From a virus: DNA of 56,471 nucleotides. Shown in pieces: positions 47,146 to 54,143 of the stretch. Position numbers and translations under genes: made by a program. Location of the stretch: the IMG/VR virus record IMGVR_UViG_3300045988_098109; one strand, given 5' to 3'. Each line of letters opens with the position of its first letter. The first letter of the stretch is position 1. The notes below the pieces were generated by a model. The model was not told the origin of the DNA and searched no databases. It saw nothing but the letters and a program-made list of their open reading frames with translations.

Positions 47146-47657
47146 TTCAACTTGTCTTTAATCCACGAATCAATATTGATTCCGTGTTCAATATCTTTAG
47201 GTATATCGGCATCTTCATCTTGTCGGCGTTCAACCTTTCTCCATTCTTCATCATGATGGTATAACCAAACGGACATTGCCTGAAGGTTTGGAGCCAGTTC
47301 ACTTTCACTTACCTGAAGTTCTTCTTCACCAGTCAAGTTGCCTTCTTGGTCTTTCAGTTTTCTTACCACGGTGCTTTTGGTTTTTATGCCACCGAGAGCC
47401 ATTGCAAGGAATTTAGCCCTTACAGTGGCATTGATTGTCGCGCGCCCACGCGCTAAGACTTCGGATATTTCGGTGTACTCACTTTTCTTTTCGCAGAATG
47501 TTTGAGGCAAAATCCCTATGGCATAAGCAATTTCCTTGTCAGTGAATCCCTTTTTGGCATACGATTCCACGAGAGAAAGAAATTCCTCGCTTGTATAATC
47601 AAACTTAGGCTTTCTTCCTCCTTTACCTTTTCTATTTTGAGATTCACTATTGCTCAT
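47142..47657 (-). CDS. terS: Terminase small subunit
   Basis: 171 aa with an HTH-like FTDKEIAYAIGILPQTF. ATGA overlap with TerL. Confidence 0.65.
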   Translation of the reverse strand: MSNSESQNRKGKGGRKPKFDYTSEEFLSLVESYAKKGFTDKEIAYAIGILPQTFCEKKSEYTEISEVLARGRATINATVRAKFLAMALGGIKTKSTVVRKLKDQEGNLTGEEELQVSESELAPNLQAMSVWLYHHDEEWRKVERRQDEDADIPKDIEHGINIDSWIKDKLK

Positions 47658-47658
47658 A

Positions 47659-47802
47659 TTACTTCTTTAATTTTCCACATTTCTCACATTGTTCATACCT
47701 GAACTCAGAGAACATCACACTACCTTTCCAAACATAATGATGAACACAAAACAGGTTTTGCTTTAGAACATTCCTTATCCAAAGTATAAAATCGCCAATC
47801 AT
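47659..47802 (-). CDS. Small Cys-containing protein
   Basis: 47 aa from the ATG at 47802, ending CEKCGKLKK. Confidence 0.35.
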   Translation of the reverse strand: MIGDFILWIRNVLKQNLFCVHHYVWKGSVMFSEFRYEQCEKCGKLKK

Positions 47803-47806
47803 AATT

Positions 47807-47992
47807 TTAACCGTTATTGTTACCCATATATACACGGCGAGAAATTGGCTTGTTTCCATAGACATCAACCCCTCTTTTTGAGAAATAGCTATCTATTTTC
47901 TCAGCATATCTTCCCATTATGGATTTCGTTCTATCCCTTATGTTTCTTTGTCTTGCAGAACCTAACCCGTATTGTCTTCCAGCGTTGTACAT
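47807..47992 (-). CDS. Small arginine-rich protein, paralogue P3
   Basis: 61 aa. The C-terminus SRRVYMGNNNG parallels SRRIYMGLTNG of 48802-49020 with synonymous codon differences. Confidence 0.5.
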   Translation of the reverse strand: MYNAGRQYGLGSARQRNIRDRTKSIMGRYAEKIDSYFSKRGVDVYGNKPISRRVYMGNNNG

Positions 47993-48027
47993 TATTCGTC
48001 TGGACTGCTGATATAACTGGCTATATG

Positions 48028-48053
48028 TTTTCTTTCTAACTCAGCTTTCCTCC
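48028..48053 (-). repeat. Conserved motif copy M3 (GGGAGGAAAGCTGAGTTAGAAAGAAAA)
   Basis: One of three copies of GAAAGCNGAGTYRSAAGAARAA, each preceding a small basic ORF. Confidence 0.6.
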
Positions 48054-48059
48054 CAATAA

Positions 48060-48809
48060 TTAATCTATTCTTTCTACTTGTTCATCAAAAACTTCTCCCT
48101 TTATAAACTTCATATCTGGTTCATACCCGAACCTTTCGCAGAAAGCGGCTTTAGCTTCATAGGTATCGAAGGACAACATCACATAGGCATCCATGTTCTC
48201 AGCTTGCTTCTGTGCGTTTTCTTTCACCTGATGCTTGACCTCTTTCATGTGGGCTACCTTTTCAGCACGTTCCAACTGCTTGGTGGCTTTATCGGCTTCT
48301 TTCTGTTCTGTTACAGGCGACATCATGCTTTCCAGTTCGTCAGCAATGGAGCTTTCTTCTTCGGTCTGCAAAAGGAAATCAACCCCAATCATATTCAAGT
48401 CGGCATCCGTCAATCCTGCATCTTTCCAGTCAATATCAGGAACAATACGGGCAAGAGCGTCAAAATCCCAAGAACCTTGTGCATTAGGGTTGTTCATTAG
48501 AATATTCAACTCCTTTTCCTGCTGTTCGTCCACGTCAATGACATCGACACGAATGCGATAGTCGTTATCGGGAAACTTTTGCAATTCGTCCATGACAGAC
48601 AAACGCTGGTGCCCGCTAACTACGGTAAGCCCGGTACGCTTATTCACAACTATTCCACCTACCAATCCGAATTTCTTGATACCACGCTTTAATGCTTTGC
48701 GTGATTCATCGGAAAGTTTTCTCGGATTGTAGTCTGCAAAACGAATGGCAGAACGGTTAAGTTCCACCGATTCGCTCTTTATGTATTTTGACAATTCCAT
48801 ATCATCCAT
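48060..48809 (-). CDS. ParB-like N-terminal domain protein (IbrB-like)
   Basis: 249 aa with YNPRKLSDESRKALKRGIKKFGLVGGIVVN...VVSGHQR. Confidence 0.7.
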   Translation of the reverse strand: MDDMELSKYIKSESVELNRSAIRFADYNPRKLSDESRKALKRGIKKFGLVGGIVVNKRTGLTVVSGHQRLSVMDELQKFPDNDYRIRVDVIDVDEQQEKELNILMNNPNAQGSWDFDALARIVPDIDWKDAGLTDADLNMIGVDFLLQTEEESSIADELESMMSPVTEQKEADKATKQLERAEKVAHMKEVKHQVKENAQKQAENMDAYVMLSFDTYEAKAAFCERFGYEPDMKFIKGEVFDEQVERID

Positions 48810-49020
48810 TAGTTAAACCCATATAAATTCTTCGAGATACTTTTCTTGCGCCATCTTGTTGTTTCCCCTCGTTATACCCAAAGGTTCGTTCAATGTATCG
48901 AATATACTTTCTTGCAATAGAGTTTACTCTGTTCAGCCTATTACCCGTTAAAGTACGAGATAGTCTGTATCTTTGCTCTGCAATATCATCAATTGATTTT
49001 CTTCTGACTCGGCTTTCCTT
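48802..49020 (-). other. Arginine-rich paralogue P2, open frame without a canonical start
   Basis: 72 sense codons in frame behind the TAA-TAG of the upstream gene. There is no ATG, GTG or TTG before codon 67. Homologous to P3. Confidence 0.4.
48997..49020 (-). repeat. Conserved motif copy M2 (AAGGAAAGCCGAGTCAGAAGAAAA)
   Basis: See M3. Confidence 0.6.
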
Positions 49021-49023
49021 CTA

Positions 49024-49698
49024 TTATTTTTGTTGATTATGATACTCCCAAAGTACTCTTTCAGCCATCGGGAAAGTTTTGTAAATTCTCTGTAAGTCCT
49101 GTGGATAGTTCTTCTCCATCCAAAGCATACAATCAAGATTAAAGCCTACTCCCGAACTGGCTTTCAATGAATACCGAACTGGTTCGGGTAAATTATGCTG
49201 CCTCATATAAGCAAGAATATCCTTTTGTGTCCAATCAGCTAAAGGATAAACCATACCGTTATTCTCGTAGTCGTTTACCTCATACCCTTTCAACATAAGT
49301 CTACGATTCATACCGTCAGCTTTTTTCATACCCAAGAATGTATAATAAACTCCATGAGTAAGTTGCATAGCCTTTACCACATCTGCCAACTTCAACAGCT
49401 TTACTTTCGGGTTTGGCACACAATACATACCGCCACGGAGAATATAAGTGAGATTCCAATGTGGTACTTGAACAAACTCTATTTTCGGATATTTGGCTTT
49501 AGTCCAGTTTATCCAACGGTTAATATGTTCCAAATTCTTGACGAAATACATGAACACGCAAACAATCCGGTCAAACTTCGGATAGACTAAATCAAGCAGA
49601 ACAAGCGAATCTTTACCAAGTGATAAAAACAGTAAAGCCTCATTCGATTTTACCCGAATGAGGTCTATATATTGACTCGCTTGTTCTACTTTGTTCAT
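49024..49698 (-). CDS. PAPS-reductase/PP-loop family protein (IbrA-like)
   Basis: 224 aa with the PP-loop LSLGKDS and VYPLADWTQKDILAYMRQHNLPEPVRY. Confidence 0.7.
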   Translation of the reverse strand: MNKVEQASQYIDLIRVKSNEALLFLSLGKDSLVLLDLVYPKFDRIVCVFMYFVKNLEHINRWINWTKAKYPKIEFVQVPHWNLTYILRGGMYCVPNPKVKLLKLADVVKAMQLTHGVYYTFLGMKKADGMNRRLMLKGYEVNDYENNGMVYPLADWTQKDILAYMRQHNLPEPVRYSLKASSGVGFNLDCMLWMEKNYPQDLQRIYKTFPMAERVLWEYHNQQK

Positions 49699-49700
49699 AG

Positions 49701-49829
49701 CTAGCCACCACTTAAACCAAATGAAGTACGAAGATCACTGTAACGCTGTCTGCGTGATCCTAACTGTGTGGCACTTGCTGTACCTCTACGATTGGCAACC
49801 AATCTACCACCTGCCCCTGCACCATTCAT
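49701..49829 (-). CDS. Small Arg/Gly-rich protein, paralogue P1
   Basis: 42 aa: MNGAGAGGRLVANRRGTASATQLGSRRQRYSDLRTSFGLSGG. Confidence 0.35.
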   Translation of the reverse strand: MNGAGAGGRLVANRRGTASATQLGSRRQRYSDLRTSFGLSGG

Positions 49830-49860
49830 ATTTCTGCGAGGCCCGGCTACTCTGTTAATT

Positions 49861-49886
49861 CTTCTTGCGACTCTGCTTTCTAATTT
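49861..49886 (-). repeat. Conserved motif copy M1 (TTAGAAAGCAGAGTCGCAAGAAGAAA)
   Basis: See M3. Confidence 0.6.
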
Positions 49887-49901
49887 TAAAAGTTAAACAA
49901 A

Positions 49902-50291
49902 TCAATCTATATATTTCTCTAATATCTTGCCCAAAGTATAATCCATTTGTGCGGCAAGATATTCTTCGCCTTGATGTTCGTAAACAATATCATTACCGTT
50001 TTCATCTGTGAGAATTACTGCTTCTGCGTTCTTTACCTCTACAATGATATAAGGACGCTTGCCCGTATATGCACCTGTCAGAAGCTTGATTGCATCGTAC
50101 TTGATAGGCTTCAATTCTACCTCACCTTCTTCAGGCAGTTCTGCATCAGCCGGATATTCTTTACCGCCACATAGGTAAGTGATATACTTCTTAGCGTTAG
50201 TTGGTCTGATTTCACGGTATTCGTGGGTTTTCTTGCCTGCCAAGATTTCATCGAAATACTTCTGTTTGATGCTTAATGTAAGAATGTTCAT
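49902..50291 (-). CDS. ASCH (PUA-like) domain protein
   Basis: 129 aa. The N-terminus LSIKQKYFDEILAGKKTHEYREIRP is the ASCH signature. Confidence 0.65.
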   Translation of the reverse strand: MNILTLSIKQKYFDEILAGKKTHEYREIRPTNAKKYITYLCGGKEYPADAELPEEGEVELKPIKYDAIKLLTGAYTGKRPYIIVEVKNAEAVILTDENGNDIVYEHQGEEYLAAQMDYTLGKILEKYID

Positions 50292-50323
50292 AATCGTGTC
50301 AAATTTAAATTAATACTCAATAG

Positions 50324-50395
50324 TTGCGGGGGGCTGAATCGAACAACCGACCTTCACCAAGTCAAAGTGAAAAGCTACCACTGCTACACCCCGCG
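50324..50395 (-). tRNA. tRNA with initiator-type acceptor stem and GAC (Val-type) anticodon
   Basis: Manual cloverleaf: CGCGGGG-TG-TAGC-AGTGGTA-GCTT-T-TCACT-TTGACTT-GGTGA-AGGTC-GGTTG-TTCGATT-CAGCC-CCCCGCA-A. There is a C1xA72 mismatch and no encoded CCA. Confidence 0.6.
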
Positions 50396-50451
50396 ATAGT
50401 ACCCCAAAGGTACTACCACAACCAAAGATAACGAAATATCTTCAATCGTTA

Positions 50452-50478
50452 TACACGACAATTGGCTTATTGTCGTGA
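50452..50478. promoter_or_regulatory. Palindrome TACACGACAAT-N6-ATTGTCGTG
   Basis: Perfect 9-nt arms overlapping the stop of 50467-50673, upstream of the tRNA. Confidence 0.5.
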
Positions 50479-50673
50479 ACTAAGCCATTTATCCCGTCTT
50501 TCTCTACACGCCTCTAAGGTAGGCGCACAACAAGCAAAGAGTTCACCACTTTCAGTACGGTAATCGTACTGGTACATTCTCACTCTTTTACCTCTCAACC
50601 TGGTGTTGTAGGTAGTGTAATTCTCTTTGCCGGGCTGGCATACGCTGCAACCGTTTACATTTATTGAGTTCAT
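50467..50673 (-). CDS. Small Cys-rich protein
   Basis: 68-aa ORF with CSVCQ...CCAPTLEAC. Confidence 0.5.
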   Translation of the reverse strand: MNSINVNGCSVCQPGKENYTTYNTRLRGKRVRMYQYDYRTESGELFACCAPTLEACRERRDKWLSSRQ

Positions 50674-50810
50674 AATTCAAGTAATTGTTTCGTTTTATCC
50701 ACGTCTACAAAACTCGTCCACCCTGCTTTATGCAGCTTTATAGCTGCCTCTCTGATTGTGATTTTGCCACTCTTGACACTTTCTTTCAAAGATTCTAATA
50801 CATTCTTCAT
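50670..50810 (-). CDS. Small hypothetical protein (46 aa)
   Basis: MKNVLESLKESVKSGKITIREAAIKLHKAGWTSFVDVDKTKQLLEL with ATGA overlap to the next gene. Below the ORF-track cutoff. Confidence 0.45.
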   Translation of the reverse strand: MKNVLESLKESVKSGKITIREAAIKLHKAGWTSFVDVDKTKQLLEL

Positions 50811-50812
50811 TC

Positions 50813-51037
50813 TTAATTCATTTTTACGTTCAATCTTTCTTCACTCGTATAAGCCACTACAAGCCCTGTTTCATCATGCTGTATGGTGATGTACTTTTCA
50901 CCCCTCTCTATAGTAGAGAAGTCATAAGGGGTTACCATCTTACCCAATACCTTGCCCAGTTGCTTCATCAGTGGGGCTTCAGGGCTGATAACTAAAACTA
51001 AATCTGCTTTCATAATCGTGTATATTGTGGTAGCCAT
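50813..51037 (-). CDS. Hypothetical early protein
   Basis: 74 aa. An alternative start at 51013 is preceded by ACACGATT. Confidence 0.5.
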   Translation of the reverse strand: MATTIYTIMKADLVLVISPEAPLMKQLGKVLGKMVTPYDFSTIERGEKYITIQHDETGLVVAYTSEERLNVKMN

Positions 51038-51049
51038 AAGGCTACCGGA

Positions 51050-51307
51050 TTAGAACTCAACCAATATCAATCTTTCTAAAGAACCTGATGCTTGCACCCA
51101 CATATGATTATGTCCGAAACCATAATCGAAAAACAGTTTAAAATAAGGGTGTCTTACTATTAAAGAGCTCATACAGCCTCTTAACTCGTCTTCTGACATA
51201 CAAGAAGTTATTTCATTGATAATTTGAACGAAAAGGTGTAAAACTTCTGGTTCATTATTCAATAACGGTTTTTCTATAACTGCTTTTAAAAATATATTTT
51301 CTTTCAT
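51050..51307 (-). CDS. Hypothetical early protein
   Basis: 85-aa ORF. Confidence 0.5.
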   Translation of the reverse strand: MKENIFLKAVIEKPLLNNEPEVLHLFVQIINEITSCMSEDELRGCMSSLIVRHPYFKLFFDYGFGHNHMWVQASGSLERLILVEF

Positions 51308-51322
51308 ATTCTTCTATATTGC

Positions 51323-51340
51323 GCAGGGCTTTCGCCCTGC
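51323..51340 (-). repeat. Intergenic GNRA hairpin H1 (GCAGGGC-GAAA-GCCCTGC)
   Basis: One of three copies, each about 15 nt upstream of the next ATG. Confidence 0.8.
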
Positions 51341-51349
51341 CGATTTATG

Positions 51350-51559
51350 TTAATGCGTTTTATCCTCATGTAATAACTCGCAGTAAACTGGTGTTGTGGC
51401 ATCTGTGTGCTTATTGGCTATAAGAACCTCATTACTATCCCAGTTAATATATACCTGTGTAGCAAATGCACCGAAAAACTGAATTTCTTTCGTGCCAAAC
51501 AATACCACCGCGTCATCATTTACATTTGCAAGTGCTGCAATTAATTCTTTCTTGGTCAT
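51350..51559 (-). CDS. Hypothetical early protein
   Basis: 69-aa ORF. Confidence 0.5.
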   Translation of the reverse strand: MTKKELIAALANVNDDAVVLFGTKEIQFFGAFATQVYINWDSNEVLIANKHTDATTPVYCELLHEDKTH

Positions 51560-51574
51560 ATTCTTTTTTGTTGC

Positions 51575-51592
51575 GCAGGGCTTTCGCCCTGC
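51575..51592 (-). repeat. Intergenic GNRA hairpin H2 (GCAGGGC-GAAA-GCCCTGC)
   Basis: Identical stem-loop to H1. Confidence 0.8.
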
Positions 51593-51598
51593 TGGTTA

Positions 51599-51982
51599 TT
51601 ATGCTATCTTTAGCTCTTTAAGTCTCATATCTACCAATGATTTCAGCTTGCGAGTATCAAATAGTGGACTTCTATACCCATCTTTGATAAGCTGTATCAT
51701 TTCTTTATAACCAACCTTACATACAACCTCTGTCTTCATGCTGTTATCATAAATAGCAGAATTGCAAGCGGTTATTGTGAATGCCATTGTTTTGTAACCT
51801 TTATCCTTCTTCATGATAGATGCAAACAAATACATATATACAGCATTTTTCATGCTATTCAAGGCATCTTCTTGACTGGCATTTACCTTTCTACCACCTA
51901 AAAAGTCACCACATTCAATTTCTTGACCTTTTTTGATAATAGACAATGTACTGATGTACATTTTAATATCTGTTGCTTTCAT
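51599..51982 (-). CDS. Hypothetical early protein
   Basis: 127-aa ORF. Confidence 0.5.
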   Translation of the reverse strand: MKATDIKMYISTLSIIKKGQEIECGDFLGGRKVNASQEDALNSMKNAVYMYLFASIMKKDKGYKTMAFTITACNSAIYDNSMKTEVVCKVGYKEMIQLIKDGYRSPLFDTRKLKSLVDMRLKELKIA

Positions 51983-51997
51983 AATCTTCTATGTTAT

Positions 51998-52015
51998 GCA
52001 GGGCTTACGCCCTGC
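51998..52015 (-). repeat. Intergenic GNRA hairpin H3 (GCAGGGC-GTAA-GCCCTGC)
   Basis: Same stem with a GTAA loop. Confidence 0.8.
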
Positions 52016-52024
52016 TGGTTAAAC

Positions 52025-52273
52025 TTATAATATTTGAATCTCTTTGTTACCTATCTCTGTATCTACATTCAGAACCTCGTACTTTTGAGCCTTGTAATTA
52101 TAAACGACTTCACAGGTATTGAAACCTCTACCATCTTCTCTTTGGTCATAAACAGTATTTATATGCTGATACATTTTATTGCCTAACATGAAGTTTATCT
52201 TACCTGATGTACAGAAGTAGAATGCTACTGCATACTTCAATGTTTTCTTTTCATCAATCTTCTTTGTTGCCAT
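52025..52273 (-). CDS. First gene of the leftward early operon (Cro-position protein)
   Basis: 82 aa from the ATG at 52273. The ORF-track N-terminal extension runs through AT-rich promoter DNA. Confidence 0.5.
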   Translation of the reverse strand: MATKKIDEKKTLKYAVAFYFCTSGKINFMLGNKMYQHINTVYDQREDGRGFNTCEVVYNYKAQKYEVLNVDTEIGNKEIQIL

Positions 52274-52316
52274 GATCGTATATCTTTTAATTGTTATTAC
52301 TTCGTTTCTGATGATG

Positions 52317-52337
52317 CAAATGTAATGATTAAAATCA
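52317..52337 (-). promoter_or_regulatory. Leftward -7 box (TACATTTG) with adjacent operator TGATTAAAATCA
   Basis: CAAATGTA on the + strand at 52317-52324. The palindrome lies at 52326-52337. Confidence 0.45.
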
Positions 52338-52367
52338 TACATACAATAAATAAATATACTATTTGTA

Positions 52368-52414
52368 TGATTATTATCACATATTAACAAAACAGCATAA
52401 GTATGATTATAATC
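52368..52414. promoter_or_regulatory. Two operator-like palindromes (TGATTATTATCA, GATTATAATC)
   Basis: Both are preceded by GTA, giving the GTATGATTA half-site shared with the flanking operators. Confidence 0.4.
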
Positions 52415-52489
52415 TAAATATATTTTAATACAAATGACTATATTCAATCAAAACAAGCTGATTTAATTTGTTTATTCGATTTTTACCCC

Positions 52490-52513
52490 TATATTTGCAT
52501 CTGATTAAAATCA
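52490..52513 (+). promoter_or_regulatory. Rightward -7 box (TATATTTG) with operator TGATTAAAATCA
   Basis: The box is at 52490-52497. The 16 nt TGATTAAAATCATACA are identical to 52326-52341. The ATG is at 52521. Confidence 0.45.
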
Positions 52514-52520
52514 TACACAC

Positions 52521-52820
52521 ATGGAAGTAAAGACAATAATCAAGCAGAAAGGCTTCACAATGGAATCCGTTGCAAAAAAAATGGGTATAACAAGGGTTAC
52601 ACTTGCCCAAAACCTTAGTAGAAATCCAACAGTAGGAACATTACAGAAGATAGCAGATGTTATTGGATGCAAGGTTGGTGACTTCTTTGTTGATGATATG
52701 GATATAAAAGATGATGCCAACACCATCACCTGCCCCCACTGTGGAGGTAAAATACATTTTGACGGAGAACCACATATGCCGGAACACAAGAATATACGAG
52801 GGAAAGAATACTATAAATAA
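52521..52820 (+). CDS. XRE-family HTH repressor candidate with C-terminal zinc ribbon
   Basis: 99 aa with the HTH FTMESVAKKMGITRVTLAQNLSR and CPHCGG. It is divergent from the early operon. Confidence 0.65.
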   Translation: MEVKTIIKQKGFTMESVAKKMGITRVTLAQNLSRNPTVGTLQKIADVIGCKVGDFFVDDMDIKDDANTITCPHCGGKIHFDGEPHMPEHKNIRGKEYYK

Positions 52821-52826
52821 AAAAAT

Positions 52827-53216
52827 ATGGAACTAAAAGACTTTATAAAAGAAACACTTAGTCAAATAATAGATGCTGTTTCAGAAACACAAGAAAAATA
52901 CAAAGATAAACATGTCCTAATTTGTCCCGATGATATTCAATCTGAAAAAGGAGAATATTATATTGACAATGAATCTCATTATGAATATTATAACCGAAAG
53001 ACCAAAGTACAAAATATAGAGATGGACATAGCTATTTCCGTTACCGAAAAAGAAGGTAATAAATCAGGAATAGGAATCGCCAAAATTATAAATGTTGGTA
53101 CTTCGTCAGAAAATGCAATACAAAATGAAAGTGTTAGTAAAATAAAGTTTTCCATTCCACTTGTTTTACCAACAAGTAATACAAGAGAGTATTACCAAAA
53201 ATATGTGAAAGATTAA
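52827..53216 (+). CDS. Hypothetical protein co-transcribed with the repressor (possible trypco2-like domain)
   Basis: 129 aa. An N-terminal helix and then IEMDIAISVTEKEGNKSGIGIAKIINVGTSS...SKIKFSIPLVLP recall the trypco2 family. Assigned from memory only. Confidence 0.45.
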   Translation: MELKDFIKETLSQIIDAVSETQEKYKDKHVLICPDDIQSEKGEYYIDNESHYEYYNRKTKVQNIEMDIAISVTEKEGNKSGIGIAKIINVGTSSENAIQNESVSKIKFSIPLVLPTSNTREYYQKYVKD

Positions 53217-53350
53217 AAGTAAAGCCAGAGCATTAAACTCCGGCTTACTCATTGATAACCTCATTAAAAGCAATAAAAGCGCACCAAAATGATGCGCCTT
53301 CTGTTGTCAATTAGTTCTTGATTTTATATCAGAGCCTCACGGCTAGAATA

Positions 53351-53755
53351 TCAGAATCTGACAGCTTCCATTCTTCTGAGAAGATTATTATATCTCTCTT
53401 GTATAAGAGCTCTTTGTTTATCGGAAGCTGTTACAATCTTTCCCTTATATTTCCGCATGACAGATTCATTCATGCCAATTTCCTTTGCAAACTTACTGGC
53501 ATTTATGAAAGGAAATGCCTCGAAGAATCCGCTTAAATCATATATGTAATCAACAGAATACCCAGACTTATACCACACAGGAAAGTCTCCATGTTTTTCT
53601 TTATAATATTCGGCCTGCTCCTCAAGTACGGACATAAAATCATCTTTCGCTTCCTGCTCTGTAAGCCCAAAACCGTACGCTCCGTTCACATCCTCCGAAT
53701 ATACGGAAATACCCCCATCATTCGCCTTTTCAATAATTGCCTTAATCTTCTTCAT
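53351..53755 (-). CDS. hicB: HicB-family antitoxin
   Basis: Start MKKIKAIIEKANDGGISVYSEDVNGAYGFGLTEQEAKDDF is a HicB N-terminal fold pattern. It lies downstream of hicA. Confidence 0.65.
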   Translation of the reverse strand: MKKIKAIIEKANDGGISVYSEDVNGAYGFGLTEQEAKDDFMSVLEEQAEYYKEKHGDFPVWYKSGYSVDYIYDLSGFFEAFPFINASKFAKEIGMNESVMRKYKGKIVTASDKQRALIQERYNNLLRRMEAVRF

Positions 53756-53811
53756 AATCGTGTATTTTAAATTCGTCAATTAAAGCACCCACCGAAGTGG
53801 GTGCAGTCCTT

Positions 53812-54012
53812 TCACTTCTTTAACCCTGCCTTTTTCAACATACTGTCAAGAGTACCATTGGGTATCTCTTGAGACTGATGTCTGCCAACAGGAATAAAGT
53901 AGTCAAAGTCGGGATGAACATATTTATAATGTTTCTTTCCCTTTTTGATTGTCCAGCCAGCTGATTCAATCAATTTGTAAAACTCTGAATACTTCATAAA
54001 ATCAAAGAACAT
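53812..54012 (-). CDS. hicA: HicA-family mRNA interferase toxin
   Basis: 66 aa with ...AGWTIKKGKKHYKYVHP.....IPVGRHQSQEIPNGTLDSMLKKAGL. Confidence 0.7.
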   Translation of the reverse strand: MFFDFMKYSEFYKLIESAGWTIKKGKKHYKYVHPDFDYFIPVGRHQSQEIPNGTLDSMLKKAGLKK

Positions 54013-54027
54013 TTTTAATTGACACTA

Positions 54028-54092
54028 CAAAAGTAACATATTTGTTACAATAAAACAAACAAAGATGAAGAAAGAAATAACATATTTGTTAC
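54028..54092. promoter_or_regulatory. hicAB promoter with two operators (G)TAACATATTTGTTAC
   Basis: Minus-strand -7 box TACTTTTG (54028-54035). The palindromes are at 54033-54048 and 54078-54092. Confidence 0.5.
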
Positions 54093-54111
54093 TTTTAACA
54101 CCGTGTACACA

Positions 54112-54140
54112 TAACAAAAGCCGGAGCACTAAACTCCGGC
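54112..54140 (-). terminator. Rho-independent terminator
   Basis: GCCGGAG-loop-CTCCGGC followed by TTTTG on the minus strand. Confidence 0.55.
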
Positions 54141-54143
54141 TCA

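Noticed and set aside
50324-50395. tRNA as a prophage attachment site (attP/attB remnant)
   Set aside because: The tRNA is full length and sits inside the early operon between phage ORFs. There is no integrase and no duplicated 3' tRNA fragment in the window.
51311-52024. CRISPR-like array formed by the three GCAGGGC hairpin repeats
   Set aside because: The repeats are 250-420 nt apart with complete ORFs between them. There are only three copies, and no cas genes or leader. They are intergenic hairpins, not CRISPR repeats.
52274-52447. N-terminal extensions proposed by the ORF track (52025-52447, 11837-11911, 31310-31366, 24853-24891, 53756-53779)
   Set aside because: The extensions run through AT-rich promoter, operator or terminator DNA and give Ile/Asn/Tyr-rich nonsense. 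Homology between the units, or ATGA coupling, supports the shorter starts.
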